From Mustelus asterias (taxonomy: Eukaryota): a DNA stretch of 64,000 bases. The stretch covers positions 23,684,001 through 23,748,000 of the forward strand of contig NC_135808.1 of the NCBI RefSeq assembly GCF_964213995.1, read 5' to 3'. Below, piece by piece: positions 24,780 through 38,300 of the stretch (its first letter is position 1; each line of letters opens with the position of its first letter). Under the pieces are notes generated by a model. The model saw only the letters and a program-made list of their open reading frames with translations. It searched no databases and was not told the DNA's origin. A program made the position numbers and the translations under genes.

Positions 24780-25048
24780 CAATCGGAAGGGACTACAGAC
24801 GACTCGAGCGACTATGGCCTGGCGCCTGAACCAACACCGCGGCCACCGGAACCGACACCACAACTGACACTACGGCGGTCGCAGTGGCAGATCAAGCCCC
24901 CAGAGAGACTGAATTTGTAATTCTGTAAATATCGTTCCACCCACCTCACCCCCGCCAGACTCTTTTTTAAAAGCAGGGGGTGAATGCAGTAAACCACTGT
25001 TAAGCTTATTGCCTGTGTGTGTGTGTGTGTGTGTGTGACATGCCTGAC

Positions 25049-25402
25049 ATGAGTGGAGGGAGCATTAAGCACAGGTTACAGAGATGTGTATTGTCTCCAG
25101 ACAGGACAGCCAGTGAGATTCTGCAGATTCTGTGCTGAATGCTCCCTCCACTCACATTATCTGTCTCTTTAAGACCTGGTTGGTTGTAGGGATTCGCATT
25201 CTAATCAGTATTCTGTAACTTGATTTTGTGTCTCTGTGTCCTGCTTGAGAGCAGATTTCCACTCCATCTGACGAAGGAGCAGCGCTCCGAAAGCTAATGG
25301 TATTTGCTGCCAAATAAACCTGTTGGACTTTAACCTGGTGTTGTTAAAACTCTTACTGTGTTCACCCCAGTCCAACGCCGGCATCTCCACATCATGACTA
25401 CC
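25049..25402. mobile_element. Penelope pLTR fragments in inverted arrangement, truncating the Gypsy 3' LTR
   Basis: Matches pLTR, including the CCAAATAAACCTGTTGGACTTTAACC block and the hammerhead motif. Confidence 0.8.
25266..25300 (+). ncRNA. Minimal hammerhead ribozyme motif (CUGACGA variant)
   Basis: CAU-CUGACGA-AGGAGCAGCGCUCC-GAAAGCUA-AUG; also at about 17548-17583(+) and 52836-52872(+). Confidence 0.7.
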
Positions 25403-26320
25403 ATTTCCCACAGCCAGCGGTCTATTCCTTGATCTATCAAAGATTCATCCATCTCCACTTTAAATACTTCAAATAACCCAGCCTCCAACACCCCCCCCCC
25501 CCCGCCCCCCCCCCACTTTGGGGCAGAGGATTCCAGAGATTCACCACACTCTATGAGAAGAAATTTCTACGCATCTCAGTTTGAAATGACCGACCCTTCA
25601 TCTTGCAGCTATATCCCCATATTTGAGACTCTCCCCCGAGTGAAAACATCTCACCCTGTCAAGCCCCCTCAGATCTTATATGTTTGAATGAGGTCACCAC
25701 TCACTCTTCTAAACCCCAAGGAATACAGACCCAGACTATTTAGTCTGTCTTGATAGGACAACCCTGTCATTCCAGAAATTAGCCTGGTGATGAATGGACT
25801 GCCTCCACTGTTACTATATCCGTTGTAGGTAAGGGGACCAAAACTATACACAGTATTTCAGGTGAGGCCTCACCAACACCCTATGCAATTGGAACAAAAC
25901 CTCCCTATTTTTAAACTCTAATCCCTTTGCAACAAAGACCAAAATGCCGTTTGCTTTCTTAACTACCTGTTGGACCTGATTGCTAGCTTTTTGTGATTAA
26001 TGCACTAAAAAAACTAAATCCTTCTAAACTTCACTCACCTGCAGTCTCTCTCCATTTAGATAATAGTCTACATTTTGATTACTTCTGCCAAAGTGCATGA
26101 CCTCACACTTCCCCCATTAAACTCCATTTGCCAGGTTTTTGCCCAGTCACCCAATCTATCTTTATCCCATTGCAGATTCACAATATTCTCATCATGTCCC
26201 TGCCCTTCCACCAATCTTAATATCAGCAGCAAATTTGGAAACCTGACATTCTGTTGCTTCATCCATGTCATCAGTATAAACAGGGAACAATTGTGGGCCA
26301 AGAACTGATCCGTGCGGTAC
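25403..26320 (-). mobile_element. Degenerate CR1 fragments
   Basis: LGLYSLGFRRVSGDLI and WAKTWQMEFN. Confidence 0.75.
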
Positions 26321-27311
26321 TTGAGGAAGAGTTGTATATTAGTTTTGAACCTGAATCACTTTAATTGACATTTCGAATCCCAGAGTTGTTATGGGGCAGA
26401 AGGAAGCCATTTCACCTATTTTATTTGCACCAGCTCTGCAAACGGGCATTGTGGTTTAGCGCCTTTTAAACATTTAATTATCTGTGATTCAATGGCAATA
26501 CTATCACTGAATCCCCCACTGTGAACATCCTGGGGGTTGCCATTGACCAGAAACTGACCTGGACAAGCCACAGAAACACTGTAGCTGCAAGAGTGGGTCA
26601 CAGGCTGGGAATTTTGTGGAGAGTTTAAATTTTAAGTTCATGCATTAGTATTGCAAGTAGGCTTACATGAACACTGCAATGAAGTTACTGTGAAATGATG
26701 TTGGGATACTAATGCAAGTGTGATTGAATGAGTGTCATTCTGTTACGTCTTAAAATGTTCCCCACCACAGTGGTGTTGCCCCTCGCCTGTGGCATCAGTT
26801 TTGTACTGAAGACTTTACAGAGGCAGGAAGTGAAAAATAAATCTCATTTATTGTAGAAATTGGAACAATGTTAAAAATTGCAGAAATAGATTCTGGTTTG
26901 AAAAACAGAAACCAAACATCCTCACACCATCAATATATCTCTGGGACACAGACTCCCCGACCCCCAACAATCCATTCCTCCCAATCCCACCCTGTGGGTT
27001 CAGCACAACAGCTCCTTCCCAATTTACCTGCACCAGTGTAAACCCCGGGGATTGTCCCAGGGAGCGAACCCCCTCGTTCCACAGCCCACCCACCTCACAG
27101 TGAAAGCAATGAGTGAATCGGCCTTGAGTGAAATGGATTCCTAAACTCGACACAGGTTAAACAGGGCAGATCAGAAGAGATTAAAACTTCCAGCTGCAAA
27201 CAGAGCAATCCCTGATAAAACATCCCAGTTCCATTTACAGAGTTCCATATGTAGAGCTTGAATCCGTCAGTCGCTGTTACCTCCATGAAATCACATGGCA
27301 GCATCTGTGAG

Positions 27312-27957
27312 CAAAACCCATCGGACCGCCAAACACCAGCTAAACCCATCAGACCCCCAAACACCAGCTAAACGCATCAGAGCCCCAAACACCAGCAAAA
27401 CCCATCAGACCGCCAAACACCAGCTAAACCCATCAGAGCCCCAAACACCAGCAAAACCCATCAGACCCCCCAAACACCATCTAAACCCATCAGACCCCCA
27501 AACACCAGCTAAACCCATCAGACCCTCAAACACCAGCTAAACCCATTAGACCCCCAAACACCAGTTAAACCCATCAGACCCCCAAACACCAGCCAAACCC
27601 ATCATAGCCCCAAACAGCAGCTAAACCCATCAGATCCCGCAAACACCAGCTAAGCCCATCAGACCCCCAAACACCAGCTAAGCCCATCAGACCCCCAAAC
27701 ACCAGCTAAACCCATCAGACCCCCAAACACCAGCCAAACCCATCAGAGCCCCAAACAGCAGCGAAACCCATCAGATCCCGCAAACACCAGCTAAGCCCAT
27801 CAGACCCCCAAACACCAGTTAAACCCATCAGACCCCCAAACACCAGCTAAACCCATCAGACCCCCAAACACCAGCTAAACCCATCAGACCCCAAACACTA
27901 GCTAAACCCATCAGACCCCAAACACTAGCTAAACCCATCAGATCCGCGCCCCAAACA
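27312..27957 (+). repeat. 27-28-bp minisatellite downstream of the class I 3'UTR
   Basis: (CCAGCTAAACCCATCAGACCCCCAAACA)n; shorter arrays at about 7316-7382 and, inverted, 43366-43516. Confidence 0.92.
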
Positions 27958-27995
27958 TCCAGAAAACGATCAGACATATCGCGCAATATAACTGA

Positions 27996-29450
27996 TGTTA
28001 AATCCTGTGGGAGTGACACAGCTCAGTGACCAACTTCAGGGAAAACACTTGGGAATTCCGACTTCCTTAAGGAAATTGAGCAGCTTAGCAGAGGCTGTCC
28101 AGGGTGAGATGTTTCCGGATGTCTCTTCACCTCAACACCCACAATGTCTCCACCCTCAGACTGTACAGGAGCAGCCGTCTCCAGAAGGCCAGTCTCAAAG
28201 CTCAGTGTTGGATTGGATGAGCTGCTCTTTAGTGACGATACAGCGAGAGACAGACACTGAGCTCACATCCCACCCACCAGATTGTACAGCTAAATCCAGC
28301 AGGAATATCCCAGTTAGAAGGATCAACTCTGCATATTCTGAGCTCCTGCAACAGAATGCTGGACTCTTCACTCCCTCCACAATCTAAACCCCTCAACTCC
28401 AGCCCTGACCATAGACCTTCATTCCAGCCCTGACCACAGACTCTCACTCCAGCGCTGATCTGAGACCCTCACTCCCACCCTGACTCGAGACCCTCATTCA
28501 TGCTCTGACTTGAGACCCTCACTCCCGCCCTGAACCGAAACCCTCATTCCCACACTGGGGTGAGACCCTCAGGTTGGAATTGTCCCGTCCCGCCTGCCAT
28601 GGGAATTGTAGCGGGCAGGGGAGGACAATGCAAAGGTCTGTTGATCTTGGGTGGGATTTTACGGTCCTGGGGTGAGCCCGGCCAGAAACTCCCACGCTCA
28701 ATCGCACTCCGAGGCGAGAGCCTCACTCTCACTCTGACGCAAGGCGCTCACACTGGCCCGAGACCCTCACTCCCACTGGCCCGAGACCCTCACTCCCACT
28801 GGCCTGATACCCTCACTCCCACTGGCCCGAGACCCTCACTCCCACTGGCCTGAGACCCTCACTCCCACTGGCCTGAGACCCTCACTCCTACTGGCCTGAG
28901 ACCCTCACTCCCACTGGCCTGAGACCCTCACTCCCACTGGCCTGAGACCCTCACTCCCACTGGCCCGAGACCCTCACTCCCACTGGCCTGAGACCCTCAC
29001 TCCCACTGGCCTGGGACTCTCACTCCCACTGGCCTGAGACCCTCACTCCCACTGGCCTGGGACCCTCACTCCCACTGGCCTGGGACCCTCACTCCCACAT
29101 TGACCCAAAACCCTTACAGATATCCTGAACTCCTCATTCAATCTGAGACCCTTCCCACAATTCTGTGACACTCTCCCTTTATCATGAGCCCCTCACCCTC
29201 CCTATCCCAACCCTGCGACTCTCCCACCCACTCTGTGACCCCCAGACCAACCTGAGACCCACAGCCTGAGCCACCCCCACCCTGGAATACTCTCCCACAA
29301 TCCCTCCCCCCAGTGAGGAGCTGCTCTTTTCCCTCCAATTCCTACCTTTCTTGTTGTCGATGACGACAGCCACAATGATGAGAGCGATGAGCACGAGGAC
29401 CCCGACCACAATCCCGACAGTAACAGCAACCTGGGAGCGAGACTTTGGTT
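27996..29450 (-). pseudogene. MHC class I gene fragment C: orphan TM exon (29346-29450) plus 3'UTR copy (about 27996-28325)
   Basis: TM exon encodes the same peptide as gene B exon 5. The 3'UTR matches about 7690-8020. Exons 1-4, 6 and 7 were not found nearby on this strand. Confidence 0.8.
28750..29098 (+). repeat. 23-bp minisatellite in the intron 5 homologue of fragment C
   Basis: (GAGACCCTCACTCCCACTGGCCT)n; degenerate versions at about 8425-8545 and 42275-42352. Confidence 0.92.
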
Positions 29451-29754
29451 CTGTTAGAGAGAGAGAATCAGAGAGACTGAGTGAATCAGGGAGAGGGAGA
29501 GAATGTGAGAGGAAGAGAGAGAGAGAGAATGAGGGAGAGAGATGAGAGAGGGAGAGAACTTTGAGAGAATGTGAGAGACTGAGTGAATCAGGGAGAGGGA
29601 TAAGTGTACATCAGAGGGAGACAGAGTGGGAGAGAATAGGAGACAGTGGGAGAGATAGGAAGAGAAGAGTGGAAGAGAATACGAGAGCGATGGAGAGAGA
29701 ATGAATCAGAAAGAAAGAGAAAGAGTGAGAGAGAGAATTAGAAAACACAGGATA

Positions 29755-31140
29755 TACGACACAGAAAACAACCTTTCGGCCCATCCAGCTGATGCTGGTG
29801 TTAAAGTTCCACCTGAAGCTCTTCCCATCTTTCCACATCTAATTCCACCATCTTAACTACCTATTCCCTTCTCTCTCAGTGACTTGTCTATCTTCCCCTT
29901 AAACTATACTGTTCAGTTCAGCCACTCCCTGTGGCAGCGAGCTCCACATTCTCATCACTCTTTGGGTGAAGAGGTTTCATGAATTCCCCATTGAGTTTCT
30001 TGATGAGTATCTTGTATTGATGACGTCTAGTTACGATCTTCCCACCAGAGGAGACATTATCTCTGTATCCTGTCTATGAAAACCTTTCATAATTTTAAAG
30101 TCCTCGGTTAGATCAACCCTCAGCCTTCGGTTTTCCCGAGAGCAGCGACCCAGCCAGTCAATCTTTTCCTGAGATGTCTATCACTCATTTCTGGAATCAT
30201 CTCTGTAAATCTTCTCGACACTCTCTCCCCTGACTCTATATCCTTTGTATGAAATGGTGACCGGAACTGCACACAATCTCTAAATGTGGTCTAACCAATT
30301 TTGATAAAGGTTTAGCAATAACTTACAATTGTACAAATTGTAATTACGAATGTACAATTCTATCGCTCGAGAAATGAAACCTGGTTTTCTGTTTGTTTTG
30401 TTTATGGCCTTGTCTAACCTGTTACTGATTGGTGTATTTGTCCACCCAGATCCCTTTGTTCCTCAATCCCATCCAGACTGACACCTTCCTCGTAATAAGT
30501 GACCTCCTTATCCATCCTTAACAGAAAACTACCTCACGTTTATCTGTGCTGAACTCCAGACACCAATTATTTGCCCATTCTACAAGTTTATTAATGTCCT
30601 ACTAATTACCTGCAGTTCTCCTCAATATCAAATAATTCCCCCAATTTGGTGCCATCTGCAAATTGAGAAATTGTGTTTTTGATTCCAATATCCAAATCAT
30701 TGAGTGTAAGTTGTGAACAGCGATGATCCCAGCACTGATCCTTGTGGGACACCATTTCCCACCTTCCGTCACTCTGAATAACTCAATTTCCTCACACTCT
30801 CTGCTTTCTGTCTCAAAGTCAGTGAGTGATCCATTCTGTCACTTATCCCTAACTCCACATTCTCTGACCTTATCCATTTGTCTATCACCAGTCACCTTAT
30901 CGATTTCATTTGAAAAATCATATTAAATTACATCCGTTACACCACCATTGACTCCTCCCTCTGTTACGTGCTCAAAAAATTCACAAAGTGGAGTAAAATA
31001 AGATTTTCCATTTCAAAATCCATGCTGATGATTCATTGTTATATTATTTGATTTCCAGATTTTCATGAATTCTCTCCAATGGAAGGAGTTCCATTATTTT
31101 TCTGAAACTCTGATTTAATCTGACTGAACTAAACTTCCAG
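29755..31140 (-). mobile_element. Degenerate CR1 fragment (intron 4 homologue of gene C)
   Basis: Inverted match to 40145-41460. Confidence 0.75.
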
Positions 31141-31267
31141 GATGCACTGGGCTTTGTTGTACTGTAATATCCCAGAATGCACTAGGCCCTGCTGTACTGT
31201 AATAGCCCAAGATACACTGGGCTTTATTGTACTCCAGGATGCACTGGGCCCCATTGTACTGTTATAA

Positions 31268-33085
31268 TGGTGTGGAGATGCCGGCGTTGGACTGGGGTAA
31301 GCACATTAAGAAGTCTCACAACACCAGGTTAAAGTCCAACAGGTTTATTTGGTAGCACAAGCCACTAGCTTTCGGAGCATTGCCCCTTCATCAGGTGAGT
31401 GGGAGTTCTGTTCACAAACAGGTCGTGGAGATGCCGGCGTTGGACTGGGGTAAACACAGTAAGAAGTTTAACAACACCAGGTTAAAGTCCAACAGGTGTA
31501 TTTCGTAGCAAAAACCCTTTTGCTACCAAATAAACTGTTGGACTTTAACCTGGTGTTGTGAAACTTCTTACAAACAGGACATACATAGATACAAACTCAA
31601 TTTACAAAATAATGGTTGGAATGCGAGTCTTTACAGGTAATCAAGTCTTAAAGGTACAGACAATGTGAGTGGAGAGAAGGTTAAGCACAGGTTAAAGAGA
31701 TGTGTATTGTCTCCAGCCAGGACAGTTAGTGAGATTTTGCAAGTCCAGGCAAGTCATGGGGGTTACAGATAGTGTGACATGAACCCAAGATCCTGGTTGA
31801 GGCCGTCCTCATATGTGCGGAACTTGGCTATCAGTTTTGCTCAGCGATTCTGCGTTGTCGTGTGTTGTGGAGGCCGCCTTGGAGAATGCTTACCCGAATA
31901 TCAGAGGCTGAATGTCTGTGATTGCTGAAGTGTTCCCCAACAGGAAGAGAACAGCCTTGCCTGGTGATTGTCGAGCGGTGTTCATTCATCCGTTGCCGTT
32001 GCATCTGCATGGTCTCCCTAGTGTACCATGCCTCGGGATATCCTTTCCTGCAACGTATCAGGGAGACAACGTTGGCCGAGTTGCAAGAGTATGTACCATG
32101 TACCTGGTGGATGGTGTTCTCACGTGAGATTATGGCATCCATGTCGATGATCCAGCACATCTTGCAGAGGTTGCTGTGGCAGGGTTGTGCGGTGTCGTGG
32201 TCACTGTTCTCGTGAAGGCTGGGCAGTTTGCTGCGGACAATGGTCTGAGGTTGTGCGGTTGTTTGAAGGCAAGAAGTGGGGGTTTGGGGATGGTCTTGGT
32301 GAGATATTTGTCTTCATCGATGACATGTTGAGGCTCCGGAGAAGTTGTCATAGTTTCTTTGCTCCAGGGAAGTACTGGACGACGAAGGGTACTCTGTCCA
32401 TTGTGTCCCGTGTTTGTCTTCTGAGGAAGTCGTTGCGGTTTTTCGCGGTGGCACGCCGGAACTGTCGATCGATGAATCGAGCGCCATATCCTGTTGTTAT
32501 GAGGGCATCTTTCAGCGCCTGTAGGTGTCTGTTACGATCCTCCTCATCTGAGCAGACCCTGTGTATATGGAGGGCTGGTCTGTAGGGGATGACTTCTTTA
32601 ACGTGTTTCGGGTGGAAGCTAGAGAAGTGGAGCGTCGTGAGGTTACCAGTGGGCTTGTGGTCGAGTGAAGTGCAGAGGTCACCGGCCTTGATGGAGATGC
32701 GTGTCCAAGAATGCAACCAATTCCGGAGAGTAGTCCATGGTGAGTCTGATGGTGGGATGGAACTTGTTGATGTCATCATATAGTTGTTTCAGTGATTGTT
32801 CGCCATGAGTCCAAAGGAAGAAAATGTCATCGATGTATTTAGTGTATAGCGTTGGTTGAAGGTCCTGAGCATCCCACGATGCTCCACTTCTCCAGCTTCC
32901 ACTCTAAACATGTTAAAGAACCCATCCCCTACGGACAAGCCCTCCGTATACACAGGATCTGCTCAGATGAGGAGGATCGCAACAGACACCTCCAGACACT
33001 GAAAGATGCCCTCATAAGAACAGGATATGGCGCTCGACTCATTGATCGACAGTTCCGGCGCGCCTCAGAAGACAAACACGGGACA
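31268..33085 (-). mobile_element. Degenerate Penelope element (pLTR plus GIY-YIG/RT 3' part) with inverted segment at about 32868-33085
   Basis: ORF fragments 31831-32779 are homologous to 10281-11651; plus-strand MLHFSSFHSKHVKEPIPYG at 32852. Confidence 0.88.
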
Positions 33086-33900
33086 TGATGGACCCAACAC
33101 CGATCCCTGAGGCACACCACTGGTCACAGGCCTCCAGTTTGAAAAACAACCCTCTACAACTACCCTCTGTCTTCTGTCATCAAGCCAATTTTGTATCCAT
33201 TTGGCTCCCTCACCCTGGATGCCGTGAGATTTAACCTTATGCAATAATCTACTGTGTGGTACCTTGTCAATGGCCTGAATGATGGACATGTATCAATTTA
33301 AAGGCCTTCTGGCAGGCTGGGTTCAGCAGAGTGATGTCTGTATGGGCCAGTATGAATGCGCAGAAGGCCATATTGTGCTGGCAGGAGACAAAGTGTAACC
33401 CCACACTGACCCCCGTTACACCCCATCTGCCACCTTGCAGCCCATTCGCTTAACTTGTCCTAATCTCTTTGCAGCTGTCTATGTTCTCCATACAGTTTGC
33501 ATTATTCCTCATATGTAAATCCCTCATACCCGGGATCAACCGAGTGAACATGTTCTGGACTGCCTTCAACACCAGTACATCTTTCCTTATATAAGGGGAC
33601 CAAAAATATTCATAGTATTCCAGAAGTGGTGTAACTAGTCTTCACCAAGACTTCCCTATTTTATATTCCATTCCCTTTGAAATAAAGGCCAACATTCCAT
33701 TTATCTTCCCTAATATCTGCTGAATTGGCGTGCTGGCTTTCTGTGATTTATGTATGAAGGCTCCTACATTCTTCTGTGCTGCTCCTTTCTCCCTTCAAAT
33801 TAAATTCAGCTCCTTTATTCTTCATACCAAATGAATAACTTCACATTTTCTGACTCTATATTTCATCCGCCAAATTTTTGCCCACTCACTGAACCTGATC
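33086..33900 (-). mobile_element. CR1 fragments
   Basis: DKVPHSRLL...GVPQGSVLGP. Confidence 0.75.
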
Positions 33901-33990
33901 CAGACTCGAAACGTTGGCTCACACTGAAGCAGGATTAGGAGAATTCATCAAGATCCCTATTAGTCATCACCCGGATATAATCAGCAGCAT

Positions 33991-35075
33991 GGGTGGGATT
34001 CTCCAAAAAAAATTCTAAGTGTCGAATTCACAATTCTTTCAGTGGGATTTTGGAAATGAATCTCCCACACTCTGCATCACGGAGTACACGAGTGCGAATC
34101 TCGCTAAAAATCAGTGGGCAGGGACTATTCTCGCTGGAGAGGCCGGCAGCAGAGTGTTGAACAGGCCATTGCGCATGCACGATCTCTCAGTGCCGAGATT
34201 GGCGCATGCGCAGTAGCCCCGCACTGCGAACCTCTCAATCGCTGGACAACTCATTCGCTGGCCAGCCCCACAACCCCTACATCGCTGCCCCTCCAACTCC
34301 CCCATGGACCGATCACTGGCACCCCGGACGTGTCTGGGCCAACATTGCCCATCCTCCCCACCCCTCCAGTCCACCTCAATCTCCCGCCAGCAGTCCCAAT
34401 CTCCCCCACAGTCCTGAACCCCCACCCCACAGCCCCGACCTTTCCCACACCCTACCCCCTGACAGACGGACCCTCCCCCTCTTGTGGCCAGCCCCGATCG
34501 CTGTCCTCCCTCCCTCTGTCACTCAGCCCAAGTGCAGAGTGGCAGCGGGACCCCCCCCCCCTCGCACTCCATCAATCAACATCCCCCCATCCCCCCCCCA
34601 GACACCCTGCCCCCATCAGGCCATGCCACATTAGGCACCACCCCTTGACGTTGCCCAATGCCCCCCCCCCGCGTTGGGCAGTGCCAAGTTTCCTCCACTG
34701 GGCATTGGCACCTTGCCCCTTGGGCAGTGCTGTGGTGCCAGGCTGGCACTGACAAGCTGGCAATGCACAGGAGGGGGAACCCTTTCTACCCCCGGCCCCT
34801 TCACTCCATTGGGGTCAGGCCGCCAGCAAGTGGGGATCTGTTGTGAACCCGACTGGGGTGAAACACTCCTGGCGGGACGCGGGGGTGGAGACGCTGGCGG
34901 GCCCGGAGAATTCCGTCCCAGGCCCGCTAATTAGATTGAAATCATGATTTAAATAAATGATACAGCTCCGCGCCGGAAATCCGGCGTGCAGCGGGAAGCT
35001 CGCCGCACGGCCCCCGCTATAGTCTCCCTGCACCCTGCGCTGCTAAAGTAGCACAATGCGCTGGGAGAATCGCAA
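33991..35075. mobile_element. GC-rich non-autonomous element with short imperfect TIRs (putative DNA transposon derivative)
   Basis: Begins GGGTGGGATTCTCC and ends GGAGAATCGC; related blocks at about 49421-50227, 3940-4836 and 46048-46945. Confidence 0.45.
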
Positions 35076-35135
35076 CACATTTCTTTACCACAATTAAACA
35101 CAAAGTTTGTTTCCCAATCAGCTTTGTGTCTATTC

Positions 35136-35204
35136 TGCCGGAGACTAATGACTCACACAATGTTTTTATTCTGATTGGTGCAATTGTATTTTAAGTCCAA
35201 TCAG
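35136..35204 (+). promoter_or_regulatory. Gene B X1-X2-Y module and second CCAAT
   Basis: GCCGGAGACTAATGACTCA...CTGATTGG (35171-35178)...CCAATCAG. Confidence 0.7.
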
Positions 35205-35292
35205 TTTGCAGTAAGTTACCGGAACAGGAACACCTTTTCCTGTAAATACAGGACACAGCTAACGGGCTGAGAATTCCAAATGTTTCCCCAAC

Positions 35293-35356
35293 ATGAGGGA
35301 AGCAGCAATGATTGGACTGATAGAGCTGGTCCTTCTGTGTGGAGAGGTGTCTGCAG
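35293..35356 (+). CDS. Gene B exon 1 (signal peptide)
   Basis: MREAAMIGLIELVLLCGEVSA then G|gtgagt. Confidence 0.88.
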
Positions 35357-38300
35357 GTGAGTGATGGGGTGTGAGAGGGGCAATGCCAGGCTGGGTACTG
35401 GGGCATTAACCCTGGTTAAGAAGTCTCAGAAGACCAGGTTAAAGTCCAACAGGTTTTGTTTGGTGGCACAAACCACTAGCTTTCGGAGTGCTGCCCCTTC
35501 ATCAGGTGAGTCTGGGTCAGAGTGATGGGGTGTGAGAGGGGCAATGCCAGACTGGGTACTGGAGCATTAACCCTGGGTCAGTGAGTGATGGGGTGTGAGA
35601 GGGGCAATGCCAGGCTGGGTACTGGAGCATTAACCCTGGGTCAGTGAGTGATGGGGTGTGAGAGGGGCAATGCCAGGCTGGGTACTGGGGCATTAACCCT
35701 GGGTCAGTGAGTGATGGGGTGTGAGAGGGGCAATGTCAGGCTGGGTACTGGGTTTCTTAAAGGAGGGAAACTGGGATGTGAGGGAACTGAGAGCAGGGAT
35801 GTGGGATTGGAGATCGAGGAGAGAGACAGAGAGAGGGAGAGGTTGTAGGATTACAGGAACAGGAGGGGAATAATCTAAACTCCATTTTCTGCATCCCCAC
35901 AAAAATCCATCTCAATTTTGAAAGCTGCAATTGATCCACAACAGCTGCAGCTTCTTGCGGGAAAGAGGATTTCAGATTTCCACAACCATTTTGGTGAGGA
36001 GGTTCCTGGCTAAAGACAGCAGGCAGCAACCAGGAAAGAGAGAGTGAGTGTAGATGAATAGCAGAGACTGGTTAAAGGCTTCAGCAACAGTGCACGATTA
36101 GAGAGAGAGAGAGCAGCAGAAGTATAGTGTCATAGAATCCCTGCAGTGCAAAAGAAGGCTATTTAGCCCATCGAATCTGCACTGAGAACAATCCCACCTG
36201 GGCCCTATTCCCGTAACCCCATGTATTCATCCTACTAATCATCTTGACACTAAGGGGTAATTTAGCATGGCCCATCAACCGAACCCGCACATCTTTTGAA
36301 TGTGGGAAGAAACCGGAGAACCTGGAGGAAACCCACGCGGACACGGGGAGAACGTACAAACTCCACGCAGGCAGTCACCCGAGGCCGGAATTGAACCCGG
36401 GTCCCTGGTGCTATGAGGCAACAGTGCTAAACACTCTGCCACCGTGCTACCCATATAATCAGACCCAGTAAAAGACTCCCAGCAGCAATGCATGAATAGC
36501 GAGAGAGTGTGTGTAAAGGAATAGCACAGACCGAGTTAGGGACTCCAGCAGCAATGCACAATTGGAGAGTGATGGGGAGGGAGGAGAAATCAGACCTGGC
36601 TGGAGACTCCAGCATTTCTACAATTCCTTAGCTGATGTCCTGAGGAAGATTCTGGATGACTGGAGTCTTTTCAGCCTAAGTGACTTCAACAATGTGTTGG
36701 GACAGACAGTAATCATGGCCATTGTGCCTCGGTCATCACGGTGTGGGCAAGATCATCGATAATTATATTTGACCGAATGCATGGGACTTCTGTGCTGAGG
36801 ACTCTCAGGGGAACTGTATTGTGGAAGCACATCACTGCACCAATACCTCTGGTGGGCCTGTTGTGCGAGTCAGACAGTTATATCCAGCTTCTAAGCACCT
36901 TCTGGAGCTTTGCCATCTGAATGAACTCTCCATCACCAACACTTACCCCCAGGGCAAACATTGCCTCAAAGTATCGTGGCATCGCTCAAGGTGTAACCCT
37001 GGCACCAACTAGACCTGCGTAATCAAGAGGAGACACAATCTGCCCAGCTTTCTCCACACCCACACCAAGCACAGAGCAGATTGTGATAGTGCCCACTGTC
37101 CTGTCCGTCGCAGTGTGAAACTGCATCCCTGAATAATTCACAGTCCCAAACACCATGGCCTGTCGCGTGTTAATGGGTTCGTACCCTGATGTCCCTCTCT
37201 GTGTGGGTGCTGATGGTTAGGGGTTCAAACCCTGATATCTGTGTGTCAGCGTTTTTAGGGTGCATATCCTGAATTTCTCTCCCTCTCTGTTTTTCAGGCT
37301 CTCACTCTCTGCGGTATTTCCTCTCGGGAATGACCCTGGTCCCCGGTTTCCCAGAGTTTGTAGCTGTCGGTTATGTGGACGATGTCCAGTTTGTTGTGTA
37401 CGACAGTGATCGGAGGGAACTAATCCCCCGGGAGCAGTGGATGGTGGAGAGCGAGGGGCTTGAGTCCTGGGAGCGGAAGAAGATGCTTGTACAGGAGCAG
37501 GAACGGTATTCCAAAGCCGATATTCCGCTCTTCATGTCTCGGGCCAACCAGTCAGGAGGTGAGTGCTCACTCTCCCACAACTCTGGGATCAAGTTGGTCA
37601 ATGTGGCTCCTCCCAGTGTAGTTGGCATTGATTGGCTGTGTGTGTGGTGCTCCCAAGTGACACTGTCTCTGATTGGTTGTTTGTGTTTCTGATCCACAGG
37701 GATCCATGTCTACCAGACGATGACTGGCTGTGACCTGAGGGATGATGGGACCACGAGTGGATTCAACCAGTTTGGGTGGGACGGACAAGATTTTATCAGC
37801 TTTGACAAGGATCACATGGTGTGGGTGACCCCGATCACATGGGGAGAGATCATCAAAAACAATTTGGACAGGGACATAGCCAACAGCAAGGGATGGAAAA
37901 GTTACCTAGAGGGAGAGTGTATCGAGTGGCTGAAGAAATATCTGGAGTATGGACAGGGAGAACTGAGAGTTGGTAAGTGAGAGGCGAGATGCCCGGGACT
38001 CTCTATCTCAAGGTTCCTGTACTGACTCCTCTTTCTTTCTCTCTCAGTTGCCCCCGTCGTGTCCTTTACCCGCCTGGGTGATTCTAACCAGCTGTCCTGT
38101 GCCGTCACCGGGTTTTACCCTCAAGCCATCGAGGTGAATCTGTGGAGAGACGGAGTGGTGATTGATGAGACTCTGTCCAGTGGGATCTTACCCAATCACG
38201 ACAGCACCTACCAGATCCGGAAATGGGTAGAGTTTGATCCAGAGGACCAGGCCGAGTATTCCTGTCGGGTGGAACACAGCGGGATGAAGGAGACACTGGT

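Larger units (their letters stand above)
20528..25046 (+). mobile_element. Ty3/Gypsy (Mag-like) LTR retrotransposon, inactivated
   Basis: 5' LTR 20528-20777 (TG...CA, TATAAA, AATAAA); PPT about 24969-24984; truncated 3' LTR from 24985; gag-pro-RT-RH-IN order. Confidence 0.92.

Noticed and set aside
27312-29098. Regular short repeats resembling a CRISPR array
   Set aside because: Head-to-tail minisatellites with no unique spacers and no cas genes, in a vertebrate context.
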